Source of the DNA: Octopus bimaculoides
Taxonomy: Eukaryota
Assembly: GCF_001194135.2 (NCBI RefSeq)
Contig: NC_068984.1
Location: forward strand, 4,606,789-4,670,788
Length of the DNA: 64,000 nucleotides
Reading direction: 5' to 3'
The notes beneath the pieces were generated by a model, which was given only the letters and a program-made list of their open reading frames with translations, did no database searches and was not told the origin of the DNA. Both the position numbers and the translations under genes were made by a program. This document shows, one piece after another, positions 24,179 through 37,585 of the stretch (within the stretch, counting starts at the first letter, position 1; the number at the start of each line of letters is the position of its first letter).

Positions 24179-26050
24179 AACTCTCTCCCCCTTCTTCTTC
24201 TTCCTTGTTCTACAGGGGTACCTAATTATTACCCCCTTTATTTCCGTCTATTATACTCTCCCCTGGCTCACAGCCTCTCCTCCCCTCGGTTCCACTCCCT
24301 CTCTCAGCTGAGAAGGTTCTGCCCTGCAAGCTACTTGGCAACCCCACTGGTGTGCTGGTGCCTGTTAGAAAGCACCCAGTACACCCTATAAAGTGGTTGA
24401 CATTAGGAAGGGCAAGGGCATGTAACCATAGAAACCATACCAAAATCACACAATTGGGGCCAGTGCAGCTCTCCAGTTTGTCAGCTCCTGTTGAATCATC
24501 CTACCCATACCAGCATGAGAAATGGACATTAAATGACGATGATGGTTTGAACCAGTGCACACCAATGCATTTACAGTTGAAAGTCTGTAAAATTTGGGAG
24601 ATTTTTTTTTCATCCCCACCCCCACACACCCTGAAGAACTTAAAATATGCAGTCCCCATTTTAAAGTTTTAAAGATTTTAAAGTTTTAAAGATAGTAAAG
24701 TGTTTAATGAAGAGAGATTTGACTGCTACATTGAATGAAAGGGTTGATAAGTATCAGTTATGCACTGGGGTTGATCTAATTGATTTAATCCCTTTGTCTG
24801 TCCTTGTTTGTCCTCTCTATGTTTAGCCCCTTGTGGGTAATAAAGAAATAAGATTTATAAGTCAACAAGGGATACACAGCATGCTTGTATGACCTGCTAG
24901 AAATAGCTGCCAAATCTCTTTCAAACGACCTACAATCATCCTAAAAAAAGGAAGGATACATTGAACAATGTGACATTCCAGCCATGGCCATTTCCTTTTG
25001 GATTCACTCAGCTGTAAAAGAGTACCAATTAGGTGCTGGTGCAGCTTCCTCCGCCCCCACTAGATGTGCTGCTGGGTCAAAGATAAGACAGTTGATCAGA
25101 GTTCTTGATAACATAGGAACCTAAAACGATTAGTGAAAGTATGGAATATGTTAGCAAGCCATACTTGCTCATGACTGATGGCTCGTTATACTTTAATTAC
25201 TCCAAAAATTAAACACAATTAAACAGCATTATTTACTGAAATTTGTGTCTTCTTCTATAGCCCTGGGCTGACTGAAACCTTGTGAGAGGATTTGGTTGAC
25301 TGAAACTGAAAGAAGCCCATTGTATATACGTATATATATATCTATGTGTGTGTGTGTTTATCCCCCCACTGCTGACAAACAACCAGTGTTGGTGTGTTTA
25401 CATCCCCATGACTTAGCGGTTGAACAAAATACATCGATAGAATAAATAACAGGCTAAAAAAAATGTTAGTATTGGGGTCAGTTCATTTGACTAAAAGTTC
25501 TTCAAGATAGTGCCCCAGCATGGCCACAGTCTAATAACTGAAACAAGTAAAAGTTGAAAGATATAATACTGGTTAGCGCCCAGACTTCTAATTAGTTATA
25601 TTTGTGTAGAATTGGCCAGAATTTGTAATTGGCTTTGTGTATATAGAATTGGCCAAAGAATAGAAGAATTGAGTGACCAAATATGTCTTTAATATTTTCC
25701 AAGCTTCACTAAGTTTTGGCATGATAAACCCAAAGACAATATTAAACATTTGGCAAGAATATCTTTGAAAATATTGAGAATTTTGTGAAACATATTTCTC
25801 CTCCTCAATTCAATTCTAACCAAAAGTTTATACAAACACATAGGTTTGGGCATGGCTGTGTGGTAAGAAGCTTGCTTCCCGACCACATGGTTTTGGGTTC
25901 AGTCCCCAGGCAAGTGTCTTCTACTATAAACCCTGGCCTTGTGAATGGATTAGGTAGATGAAAACTGAAAGAAGCCTGTCATGTGTGTGTTGCTATTTCC
26001 TTCCCTTGACATTACATGATGGTTATAGGTGATCTGCTTTTCTTTCATTA

Positions 26051-26280
26051 TTTCTTTATTGCCCACAAGGGGCTAAACATAGAGGGGACAAACAAGGACA
26101 GACAAAGGGATCAAGTCGATTACATCGACCACAGTACGCAACTGGTACTTAATTTATCGACCCAGAAAGGCTGAAAGGCAAAGTTGACCTCGGCGGAATT
26201 TGAACTCAGAACGTAACGGCAGACGAAGTACCGCTAAGCATTTCGCCCGGCATGCTAACGTTTCTGCCAGCTCGCTGCCT
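26051..26280 (-). mobile_element. tRNA-derived SINE family E, young-looking full copy
   Basis: ggcagcgagctggcagaaacgttagc...gagttcaaattccgccgagg...aataaagaaataa with CpGs retained. Fragments at ~21190-21340, 24740-24855, 31990-32190, 32355-32530, 35945-36110, 51535-51700, 54050-54260. Confidence 0.8.
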
Positions 26281-26699
26281 TCATTGTTTCTTTCTGTACC
26301 TGTTCTGCAGGTGGGTAACTCAAGCAATAAAATCTTCAGTAGTTTCTCCCTCGGGCAGGGCACAACACTAATAAGAACCCATCACCAAGGGGTTGTAATC
26401 AACCTCATATAACCCTAACCCTCATCATGTAAGTGTTGTCCTTAGTTTCCAGTCTTCCATGAAAACATGTTTGGTCAGAGTGGGGAATATTACTTTACTT
26501 CGAAACAGGTGACGGTTGGTATCAGAAAGGGAATTTGGCCAAAGAAAATCTACCTCAATAAAATCTCTCCAGCTCATATGAGCATGAAAAAGCAGACATT
26601 AAACAATGAATTTAATGATGGTGATGTTCTTATTACTACTTCCTAAACATTTGAATCAAGAAGGGACTGGTCTTGGCATCTTCATGGGTTCCTTAGATT

Positions 26700-26960
26700 G
26701 GAGAGATCAGCGAGGTTGATGGTAGTTTTTAATAATGGTAAAAGACACAGGGATGGGGCAGGGGCACTGACATTTTGGAGAAGGACTGGTGGAATGGTGA
26801 GGGCAGAGCCTGAGAAAAGATGAGTATGATGGACAGAGCTGGTATGCAACCATCTACCTCCAGAGAGCATTGACCATTGCAGTATCCGTAAGAAAGACAG
26901 AGTGAGGAGACAGTGTGCTTGTGGTCCAGAGACTGATGTGTATTGGCTTTTCACACTGAC
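26700..26960 (-). mobile_element. CR1/Jockey-group LINE C-terminal relic
   Basis: QSLDHKHTVSSLCLSYGYCNGQCSLEVDGCIP resembles the post-RT motif QPLxHRRxVASLSLFYRYYxGxCSxEL. Confidence 0.55.
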
Positions 26961-27700
26961 CATGCAATGTCATTCTAAAAATAAACAATCACATCATGGA
27001 AATCTTGAAGCTATTAAATAATGCATGATTGATTCAAATCAAGTTAAATAAATAAGCATTATGTTTAACAGAGTAATCTGAATGCTAAAGGGTTGAAGAT
27101 TAATGAGTGATACAGGTTGTTGTTGTTTAATCCCAGGTTAGTCCATAGTCAAAGCATTCTAGTCATGGCCATCCCATTTATCACTCTGATATAAAATAAT
27201 CATGACTTCCTTTTACACTCTACCTTTATTGTTTAAGATGGCAGGTATGTTTTGAGGGAGATTTGGCTGCTGTTTCTAGCATTTCAAGTGACCATGTAGA
27301 AGTCTCCCTCAATGGTTCATTATGATGAAGATTATCACCACAAAACGTCATAATAACTGCATATTGAAATAAATGATGTCAAGAAAAATTTTTTTTTTTT
27401 TTATTCAGAGTTTAAAAAAAAATCAAAATGACAGAAAGTAAATAATAGAGATGATATCGTAAATTAATTATTGATATCTAAATAGCCTCGTTAACTAATA
27501 ATAAAAGGCTTGATGAGAGTTTCTATTACTGAATATATATAATGGTGTGGCTGTGTGGTAAGAAGTTTGCTTCTCAACAACATGGTTCTGGGTTCAGTCC
27601 CACTATGTGGCACCTTGTGTAAGTGTCTTTTACAAAAGCCTTGTGAGTGGGTTTGGTAGATAGAAACTAAAAGAAGCCTGTCATATATATATATATATCC

Positions 27701-27750
<50 letters not shown>

Positions 27751-29439
27751 GTCATTTAACATCCACTTTCCATGCTGGCATGGGTTGGACAGTTTGATTG
27801 AGGACTGGCAAGCCAGGAGGCTGCACTAGGCTCCAATCTGATTTGGCAAGGTTTCTACAGCAGGATTCCCTTCCTAATGCCAGCCACTCCAAGAGTGTAG
27901 TGGGTGCTTTTTACGTGCTGCATATGTGTGTGTGTGTGTGTGTGTATCATCAATGTTTGGCTTTAGAGTTTGATGATCTGTCCATGGAGCTAAGTCCTTT
28001 GGGGATACGAAACCATTGGTCAATCTATGACCGGACATAGTTACATATAAATATATATGTGTGTGTGTGTGTGTATGTATATATATGTATGTATGTATAT
28101 GTGTGGGGTGCCTTTGTGTCTGTGTTTGTCTCCTACCACTGCTTGACAACTGGTGTTGGTGTGTTTACATCCCTGTATCTTAGCAGTTTGACAAAAGAGA
28201 CTGACAGAATAAGTACCAGGCTTAACAAAAAAAGAATAAGTGTTAGGGTTGATTCATTTGAATAAAAGTTCTTCAAAGCAGTGCCCCAGCTTGGTCGCAG
28301 TCTAAATGACTTAAACAAGTAAAATATAAAAGACAAAGAGAGCAGAAAAAAATAACAGATGATATCACGGAATAATTAATAACATCGTTGAGTAATTATA
28401 AAAGACTTGATGAGAGTTTTTTTTATAATTAAATATATAATGTTGACGATGGCTTTAATAACTAATGATGTTGATGATGGTCCCTTGGTGAAGTAACCTT
28501 GATAACTGTTTATATCAGGTTGATTATGACCCCTTGGTGATGGGTTTTGTGCCCTGCCCTGGGGAGAAACTACTGAAGGTTTTATTGCTCGAGTTACCTA
28601 CCTGTAGAACAGGTACAGAAAGAAACAATGAAAGAAAAGCAGATCAATAGGAAGGAAGGTAGTCAGGTAAGTTGGTAGGAAGAAAGAGACAAATAGAGAG
28701 AGAGGGAGGGAGAGATAGCGAGAGAGGAGGGAAGGAGGGAGGGAGGGAGGGAGTTGACATAGAGTGGCAGAGAGAGAGAGAGAGAGAGTGAGATCAATAT
28801 TGTTGAGAAGAAACATTGAGCTAACTGGAAAGAGCTGAATACTTTGTAGTGACATATTTTATATTGACATTGATTCAGGACAGATGGATAAAATGGAGGA
28901 TTTCAACGCATAATTTAAACACTTACTTAGTCTGACAATAACTCAGGGGAGAAAACAGCAAACAGTTGTTCGAATACAGGGTGTGGCAATAAACACAAAC
29001 CTCCCCACGTTTTACAGGTTGACAAACATTTCCGTAACAAATGCAGAGTGTGTACCAAGACAAACTATTGCGGCAACTGAAAAAAAGAAATGATAAAATA
29101 TTAGCAGTATAGGTGCAGGTGTGACTGTGTGGTTAGAAGCTTGCTTCCCAATCACGTGGTTCTGGGTTCTGTCCCACTGCATGGTAGTTTGAGCAAGTGT
29201 CTCCTACCATAGCCTTAGGCTGACCAAAGTCTTACTACACAGCCATATCTATGCCTATATATCAAGATAATTTGGATAACGATAATTAATATTACTTTCA
29301 ATAAAAAGTACAATTGGATTGATGATAAATTTGAACAAAAAAATAGAAATTTCAAAACCATTGCAGATTACTTTAAAATAAAACTCCAAAGAAATGAGAC
29401 ATTGATTTTTAAAATATACTGAATTAATTTATTGTTTAA

Positions 29440-29654
29440 CCCTTTCGTTACCAAACCAACTGAAACTAGCTCTGAGTACAAATGTCTTGTTTTCATAAGT
29501 TTTGAATTAAAATCTTCTACCAAACCTTAGTCACAATTCATGTTCCTAACACTAGCTGAATGATAACTAAGTTATTTTACTAAATTCTTTGTTGTATTTA
29601 AAATTAATTGAAAGAAACACAGAACATCTTAAAATAAATACAGTAACGAAAGGG
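29440..29654. mobile_element. piggyBac-type MITE, copy 3 (opposite orientation)
   Basis: Perfect 12-bp TIR CCCTTTCGTTAC / GTAACGAAAGGG; TTAA on the left, TTAT on the right. Confidence 0.8.
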
Positions 29655-31399
29655 TTATATGACTAATTATCAATTTATATGTTGTATTTACTAATTTCCT
29701 GGGTATTTATTTGTTGAGTGATGTCGTTATTGTATGCGATTGACTGAACCGAACAGTGTCAGATGATAATCATTATCAGAGCAAAGTAAAAAGACAAAAA
29801 AAGAAAACATAAAAACAAACAAGTAAAATATGGCTCCACAAAGTTGATCTGTTCAGAACTGAATCAAGCCAATAAGTAATTAGTACGTCTTTAATATGAC
29901 AGGTAAGTAAATGGTTGTCATGCAACAATGTCACTAAGTCATCATAATTTAATATCAGAGAAGAAGGGATTCTGGGAAGGTTTTTTGTGTATACATAATC
30001 ATTTGAAGCTACCTAAGTGAATGTATTGATTGAGACAGGATTTTCTTGGTTAATGCTTCATTTCTGGACTGTAGCTGGAAAAAATATTGTGTTATTTATT
30101 GCATGTTTGTTTGCATTTGTCCATAGTTGTACTAGAGAAGTACATTGGTCTCCCTCACTGCCAATTTATTACTATGAAGATGATATAAGTACATGGAACT
30201 TAAACTGCTAATAATCAATTTGCATGATTGAACATCACAATTCAAGACTAATGTGTTTTGTTGAATGCAACACAAACCTGTTAAATAAGAATAACTGAAT
30301 AAGAGCAAGAAATCAACTCACAAAACAAAGTGGCATTGCTTCACATGAACAACTAAGTGACTCTAATCTGAGGTTGAATTCACCAGCTTTTTTATAATTG
30401 TAAGCCAAACTATCCAGAAACTTCCATCTAGCTATTTGGTGAGAAAACTCACATGCTTCATTTCAAGTTTTCCACACCAACCATAAATTAGATAGTATTA
30501 ATTGGTTGAGAAACATTTGCATAGGTGTCACCTTTTATGGTGATGCATTACCTTTTATGGTGTTATGATACTGTAGGTAATAGTCCTGAGCAGGGAAAAT
30601 TTGAGAGTGAGGTTTCAAACCTCAGCAGAATCTTTGCTACAACTAGTATTTTACAATGAACCTCCATGCATTCACTGAGCCTGTTAGAAATAACAGCTCA
30701 ATCTCCTTCAAACCACACTATGCTGCCTTAAAAACGAATGAAACTTTAGAAAGTGTAGTTCTAGATAAACAAAATAAGAGAACCATCATGATTGAGATGC
30801 TTTTGGTCATATCTCTGCCTGATCAGGGCTAACCAATGGCTAAACAACAATAGCAACCACAACAACAACAACAACAGCCCCAAGTGAAAGGCAAAGTTGA
30901 TCATTGTTGGAGTTGAACTTGGAATAAAGCTGAAAGCTGTAATGAAGCTAGGGTGGTGCTCCACTATCTTGTCCATCATTACCAGCTTTATATCTGAAAT
31001 GACCTGGCTCTAATAGGAGAGGTTATATCAGACCTGACTTTCCCTTCAGTTGTAATCACTGCACAAAAAAGTTGGGAGATTAGTAGAAAAATTACAGTCA
31101 TACTAATTAAAGTGTTTGTTAATTGAAACAATATAAACTAAAATGAATTTTTCTGATATGGTAATATTTAAATAAAATGTGAGAAATAACTAAATTTCCT
31201 AATATCCACTTCCTCCCCTCACAATTACGACGATGATGATGTTGACGACGACGACGACGACGACGACGACCACCACCACCACCACCAATTGGAATTTTAC
31301 ACTTCCATGGTAATTCCTGAAAACATGTTGGAACATCATTGTAAAGAATATGGAAAAATTCAAGAGCTAAAACACAGCCCTGTTTGGTTCCAGTGGCAA

Positions 31400-31960
31400 C
31401 AGAAAAAGTCTTTGAACATTAACTACAAGATGTCACTGGTGGTATCATTCCTTTATGCAGGGATTCTATCACCCTTATCATTTTATCGGGAAGACCAACT
31501 TTTGACAAAACTTTCTGAGGGTCTAATACAAAACAAAAAGGGACAATACAACACAAAGGACAACAATCAACAATCAAATGCCCCAAATGGAGGGTAAGGA
31601 GTTTGACCCAGGGACAACCAAGGAACCCCACACACCCTGACTACCCCAACTGCCAGGGGCACCTCAGCAAATGTCTTTCTCCTTCTCAACTCCTCTTCCA
31701 GCTTACAAGCATATGTTCAGAGTTGGCCCATTCACATGAGTCATCTTCACAACGTTCAACAAAATTACATTGAGGCAGTACTTCCCACTCCACCCTCACT
31801 TTTCTTTTCAAGTGGAATTAGAAAATGTTGATTAGGGCTTGGTTGAAGAGGAAAGAATCTGTCATCAATCCTTTCAGCCTCATCCACCAAACTTTGCCAT
31901 TGCCTCCTCTTCTCGGCCAAAAGAAGGCGATGGGGTATCTTCACAATGGACTTGACTGAT
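31400..31960 (-). mobile_element. Degenerate RTE-like LINE reverse transcriptase relic
   Basis: Patches EKRRQWQSLVDEAE, GAPGSWG (GKAPGxDG-like) and KVLSKVGLPDKMIRVIESLHKGM. Confidence 0.5.
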
Positions 31961-33239
31961 AACCAGAATAATAATAATAATAATGATGTTTTCAAATTTT
32001 GGCACAAGGCCAGCAGTTCCAGCAAAGTGGGTAAGTCGATTACTTCAACTCCAGTGCTCAACTGGTACTTATGTTATCGATCCTGGAAGTATGAAAGGCA
32101 AATTTGACCTTGGTGGAATTTGAACTCAGAACTTTAAGACTGACAAAATGCCACTAAGCATTTTGCCTGGTGGGTTAATGATTCTGCCAACTCATTAGTT
32201 CATGCATTATTGACACATAAATGAAGTCAGGACTTGACCGGTACTTTATCAACCCTGGAGGGACAGAAATAAAAAATGTTGGCTTTGACAGTATTTGAAC
32301 TTAGAACCTAATGAATTGTAACCATAAGTACCAGATATTTTTTCTGATGCTTTGAATTAACCTAGCATGTTTATTTCTGTTTTGCCCACAAGGGGCTAAA
32401 CATAGAGGGGATAAACAAGGATAGACAAAAGGGGTTAAGTCAATTACATCGACCCAGAGTGCAGCTGGTACTTATTTAATCGACCCCGAAAGGATGAAAG
32501 GCAAAGTTGACCTCAGTGAATTTGAATTTAAAAACTAGCATGTTATAGGTATTTTATGTTATTCTTCTCACATGGAAGAAAGGACCATTTCGACTCCAAC
32601 AGAATTTCACAGAATACAAAACTGCAAGGCTTGTCGTATGCGTTTATTAGTTTTGACTAATTCACCCTCGATTTCTTTTTAATGAAAACACAAAATTTCA
32701 GATTTATAAATGATTTTAAATGTGACAAATGGGACTTTCCTGAAAACCAGGAAGAAAGTGAAGTAGCTACTAACCAGGAAAGGAAACAAGCAACAGATTC
32801 CCTTTGTAGCTTATTATTTATAAATCACGGAGATTAACTCGTTGGTAGAGATCTTGTTTGGGTATGACAAGAATTTTTTCTTTACAAGACCTCGTTAATT
32901 ACTGGTATTTTTGTTGTGACAAAGTGCTAACGATATAGAACTCTTGTAGCATCACCAACATCACTGCAACAAGTAGATATTCATATCCAACAAGGATTCT
33001 ATCGTCAGAATAATATTTCTTACTCACAAAAAACGTTAAAAATAAAGAATTTGATATCTCCATGAAGAAACACCGAAATATGTTAATCTCAAAATAAAAT
33101 TTTGAATTTGAATTCGATCATAAACGTTTAATTGACATTAAATCGAGGAAATATTGTTAAACAAAAGGAAAATAAAAACGGGGTAGGAAGCTATGCTGTA
33201 TTTTACTAAGATACCAAAAAAAACCCATCAACTTTACTA

Positions 33240-33474
33240 CAAGACAACTGGTGGGAAAATGGCGGTGTAGTTACGGCAGCAGGGGCGGTTCCCTGCCCGC
33301 ATCGAACTAGCATCAGTAGCAGCAGCAGCAGCAGTTGCGGTAGCAGTAGCAGTAGTACGACTGCTACAAGTGAACGGGTACTCGCCTCGCTACGCTAGGA
33401 GGTTCTCAAAGTGTGGATGTCGCCAGACACTGGAATAATTCTCGCTGACACTGCTTGCGTCGACTGTTAGAGGA
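33240..33474 (+). promoter_or_regulatory. GRIPAP1 promoter / 5' UTR: CpG-rich, YY1-type motif AAAATGGCGG (33256-33265), (CAG/TAG)n tract, two uORFs
   Basis: Abrupt GC/CpG-rich island upstream of the ATG; motifs read directly from the sequence. Confidence 0.6.
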
Positions 33475-33516
33475 ATGGCAACTGCCTTGTCAGAAGAGGA
33501 GTTCCATCGGATGCAG
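33475..33516 (+). CDS. GRIPAP1: GRIP1-associated protein 1 (GRASP-1), coding exon 1
   Basis: ggaATGG start gives MATALSEEEFHRMQ, then phase 0 donor GTGAGA at 33517. Matches the GRIPAP1 N-terminus MAQALSEEEFQRMQ. Confidence 0.92.
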
Positions 33517-36468
33517 GTGAGAGAAAATACACATTATTTATAACTGCATTTATACATTTCTTCTACACCTAAATAAATCTATTAACAACATCCAACTCGG
33601 CTAAAGAGTTTCTCATTCCCCGCCACGCTTACTCTCTATCTACCCCCCCTCTCATACTATTACTTTATCTATGTCACTCACTCTCTTTATAACACACTAT
33701 TCCATTCACCTCCCCTTTCTCTCTTATACAATCTTTCACTCTGTTTATCTCTTATACCACCACTCTCTTTATACAATTACTCTCTTTTTCTCTCTTATAC
33801 GATCATTCACTCTCTTAATACAATTACTCTCTCTGTTTTCATTTCCTCTCTTTGATAATTGTGTTGCCACTGACTGACAATAAAAACCTAGTTTCTTTTT
33901 CGTTCGTTGAAGTCAAGAGAGAAAATTTATTTATATTTATCCCTTGTTGACATTTTCCTGATGAGATTGTTTTATTTTCCTCTCCCTGACTTCATTCAAG
34001 TTTTACGATATTGTCATAACAAATTATGACGGGTGTTTATATATAAGAGAGACAAATGTATGTGTGTTAGTATTTAAGCTCAGTGGTCAATCCTGGTAGA
34101 GCAGACAGACCTGTAAGAATTTCCACCCATGACAATCCCATTTTAATAAAATCTTTTATCTATGACTACACTATTCCGGGTGTCCTCCCTTTTTTAAAGA
34201 CGATAGGGTGTGGTTTGGGAAATATTTTAGCCGCTATTTCTAGCAGATAGATCGACCTGTCTTGCTTTGGTGTTTTAGTTTTTGTTGTTGTTTAGCCCTC
34301 GGTCTATCGTAGTCGAGCCAACCTCCGTTCAAAAGCATTGCAACTATGACCATCTCTTATTTTTCCTTTATGCAGACAACCTAGTACGGTTTTATACAAC
34401 GTGTTCTTTTCTAAGACAGTAATCCATGATTTAAGGGAAATTTAGTTGCTATCTTTAGCAGGACAAACGACCAGGTGTAGCTTGTGTGATTAGCTCGTAT
34501 TGGTGTGGTAGTGGTTACCTTTACCATTTACTGTTGGAACATGTGTTAAGTTCAGGTATCTCAGGATGATATACACCATGGGAGTGGGCAGTCTACGTGT
34601 TCTCTTGGCCTGATAGAAACGGTAATGAATTCTCCCTCAACTCAGATCTTTACCGCCCAGGAAAAGGCATGACACATTGTATATAATGTAGTCCTAGATG
34701 GATTGTGTCTAAAAAACGAAAATAAAGAATACTAATAGCAGGAATTCTTTTAGTGAGAAGTCCTTGAATCGAAGCTGACCTAGGGCTGAAAAACTACCCT
34801 CTGTTTATCATAAAATAAACACACCACACACAAAGGCCTTGGGTCATGTGTAATCTGTGTCGAACAAATTAATAATAATTATTATAATAATAAACAAACA
34901 TGTCAGAGGAAAGAAATAAGGATGAAATTATTTCTGGTATACTTCTCTCTTTGTAATAAATCATCGTTTATTTGAGTGCAATTATTTATGATCGAATGTT
35001 TACTGTCTCCATTTTTAACTCCAGCACTTGTTACTCTCAAATAATACCCCAAATGTATCTATTTCTGATCGATACATTCACTTCTTAGTGTGTATGTATA
35101 TGTATTTATTAGAAGACAAATACTACGAACACGCCACAAATATATATTTATATAAGCTAGGTAGATAATCCAGTTGACTTTATTAATACTACTAATATAT
35201 GTCTGTTTAATAAATGGGTAGTAATTAAAATGTCATGTACCACCACCACTAACCAACCTAGTGTTCCTGCCAACATGAGCCGACTAGCTTTACCATTTAA
35301 TATCAGAGAACAACTGTGACTACTGGCTTTCCAAGACAAACCTTCGTCTTCCTCATCTCTCTCATCAGTTCCACTGATGTAGTTTACTTTGTTATTGTTT
35401 TTCTTCTCTTTTTATCCTCTCTTATCCACACCGTCTTCATCTTTCCATTAACACGCATTTACACCCCACCTCCATCACGATGTATATATCTAGTATTTAT
35501 CTATGTATGTATGTATGTATAGATCTATCCATCCCTCTATCTATCTATCTAACTGCTCCCTAAAAAGAACTTACCAAAAAACAAAAAGCAAAAAAATAAA
35601 ATTAAATTAAAAATAGAGAAAGGACACCCTATCAATTTATTCTACAACCTCAGCGGGGAAAAAACCCCGGTTCGTTTTATATCTAAAAAGAAAAAAATGT
35701 AAGAAACACCAGAAAAAAATCCCCAGCACAAAACAAAAACAAAACAACGCTGTTCTTTTAATGTTATCATTGGTTCTTCAGACATCACCTTTTTGCACAC
35801 ACTTATGTAGATACCATTCTTCTTGTTAATGTTCGTGTAACCTCAGGTCAAGCTTGTTCCAGTTGGCCATTTCATACAGATATGTTACTGTCATCATGTC
35901 ACGAACTGCTCATCCTGGTCGTGATAAGAGTCATATTATATTACGATTAATCACGCTCAAATGTCGGACTAAATGCATGGTGGTCCTTTACGTTGTGAGT
36001 TCAAATTCGTCCGAAGTCGATGAATTTGCCTTTCATCCTTTCAGACTCGATAAAATAACAGCCAGTTAAGCGCTGGGGCTGATGTAATCGAATGAAGCAC
36101 TCCCCTAAAATTTCTAGCTTTGTACCAAAAGAATTGAAACCATTGATGGTACTAATAAAGTCAATCACCACGAATATAATTCCAATCGAATCTAACCGTT
36201 CGATACTCGTCATTTTCTTCTGTTAGTTTTTTTTAATAACGATATGAAATCGCAAATTACGGTAGCATATATATAAGATATTATGAACGTTTGGGCTGTT
36301 ATTTTTAAAAGTTTTAGTGACCACATGGCGGCCTTTCCTCGTTGTCTCGATCATATCGATTCTGTTGTATAGCCCCCAGGTCAACCCCGATCGAGTTGAT
36401 TTACGATTAATGTGACCAAACCGTGACCAACCTATCTCTTTTTAGACTCAGTATATCTACGAACACGT

Positions 36469-36516
<48 letters not shown>

Positions 36517-37585
36517 CAAACGAGGTTGATTTGGTTGTTATAACTAGCATGTCAAGCGACCACCTGTGTCGTTGTGGTGATGACATTGAAATAGTGGTAG
36601 TTGTGCAACAGCTGCTCTTTCAGACATCCCAGTTGCTGTTTGTTAGGGCTGTGCGCGCGCGTGCGGGGCAATTAACGCACACTCACACACACGCAGTTGA
36701 TTAATATTCAATGACTTTCTCTGTGTGTGTGCGTGTGTGTCGCGTGGTTCATCATAATCTTTGTAGGCTCGAGGATGAAACCAGCACAAGATTACACACA
36801 TATATGCACTGTACACATTAGTTGGTATGCGCGTGTCTTTATAGGTAATACACATTCATAAAATGCTTATATGTGTATCATCATCATCGTCATTTAACGT
36901 CCGCTTTCCATGCTAGCATGGGTTGGACGATTTGACAGGGGACTGGCGAACCAGATGGCTACACCAGACTCCAATCTGATCTGGCAGAGTTTCTACAGTT
37001 GGATGCCCTTCCTAACACCAACCACTCCGAGAGTGTAGTGGGTGCTTTTTATGTGCCACCGGCATGAGGGCCAGACCAGCAGTACTGGCAACGGCCATGC
37101 TCAAATGGTACACACACACACACACACACACATTAACCTGTCATCATCTGGCATAAAAATACCTTCCTCAGTTGAGAAATCTTGCAAGTTAGTTGGTGAT
37201 CTTACTCATGCTGGTGTCACATAAAAAGCATCCTATACATTCTGTCAATTGGTTGGCATATGGAAGGGCAGTCACAAAAACTGTGCCAAAGCAGATAAAG
37301 TTTGGTGCAGTCTTCTGGCTCATCAGCTCCTTGTTCAACCCATGCCAGCATAGAAAATGGACCTTAAATGGTAGTGATTAGTCACATAGACGCACACATT
37401 ATATATCAAAGTTGACAGTCTATACTGTGTTTCAGCCTTAACTGGGCTGTCCACAACTGTGGAGACAAGATATCAAGTTTTGTTCAAGGTAGGCGTGTCC
37501 ACTTTACCCAGCCTATTGATTCTCTACCAGATTATGCTTGCTCTGTAAAATTTAATATTGCTATACCTTACTACTGCTACATGAC

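Noticed and set aside
29760-29908. Possible intergenic exon ending CAG|GTAAGT (similar lone donors near 22280 and 23750)
   Set aside because: No clear acceptor, ORF or homology; isolated donors are expected by chance in 64 kb.
35340-35380. CTGATGA on the - strand as another hammerhead
   Set aside because: No convincing helix I or helix II pairing.
36540-36640. Possible first exon of a nested antisense gene (MSERAAVAQLPLFQ...)
   Set aside because: Weak donor, no downstream exons found, and no recognisable homology.
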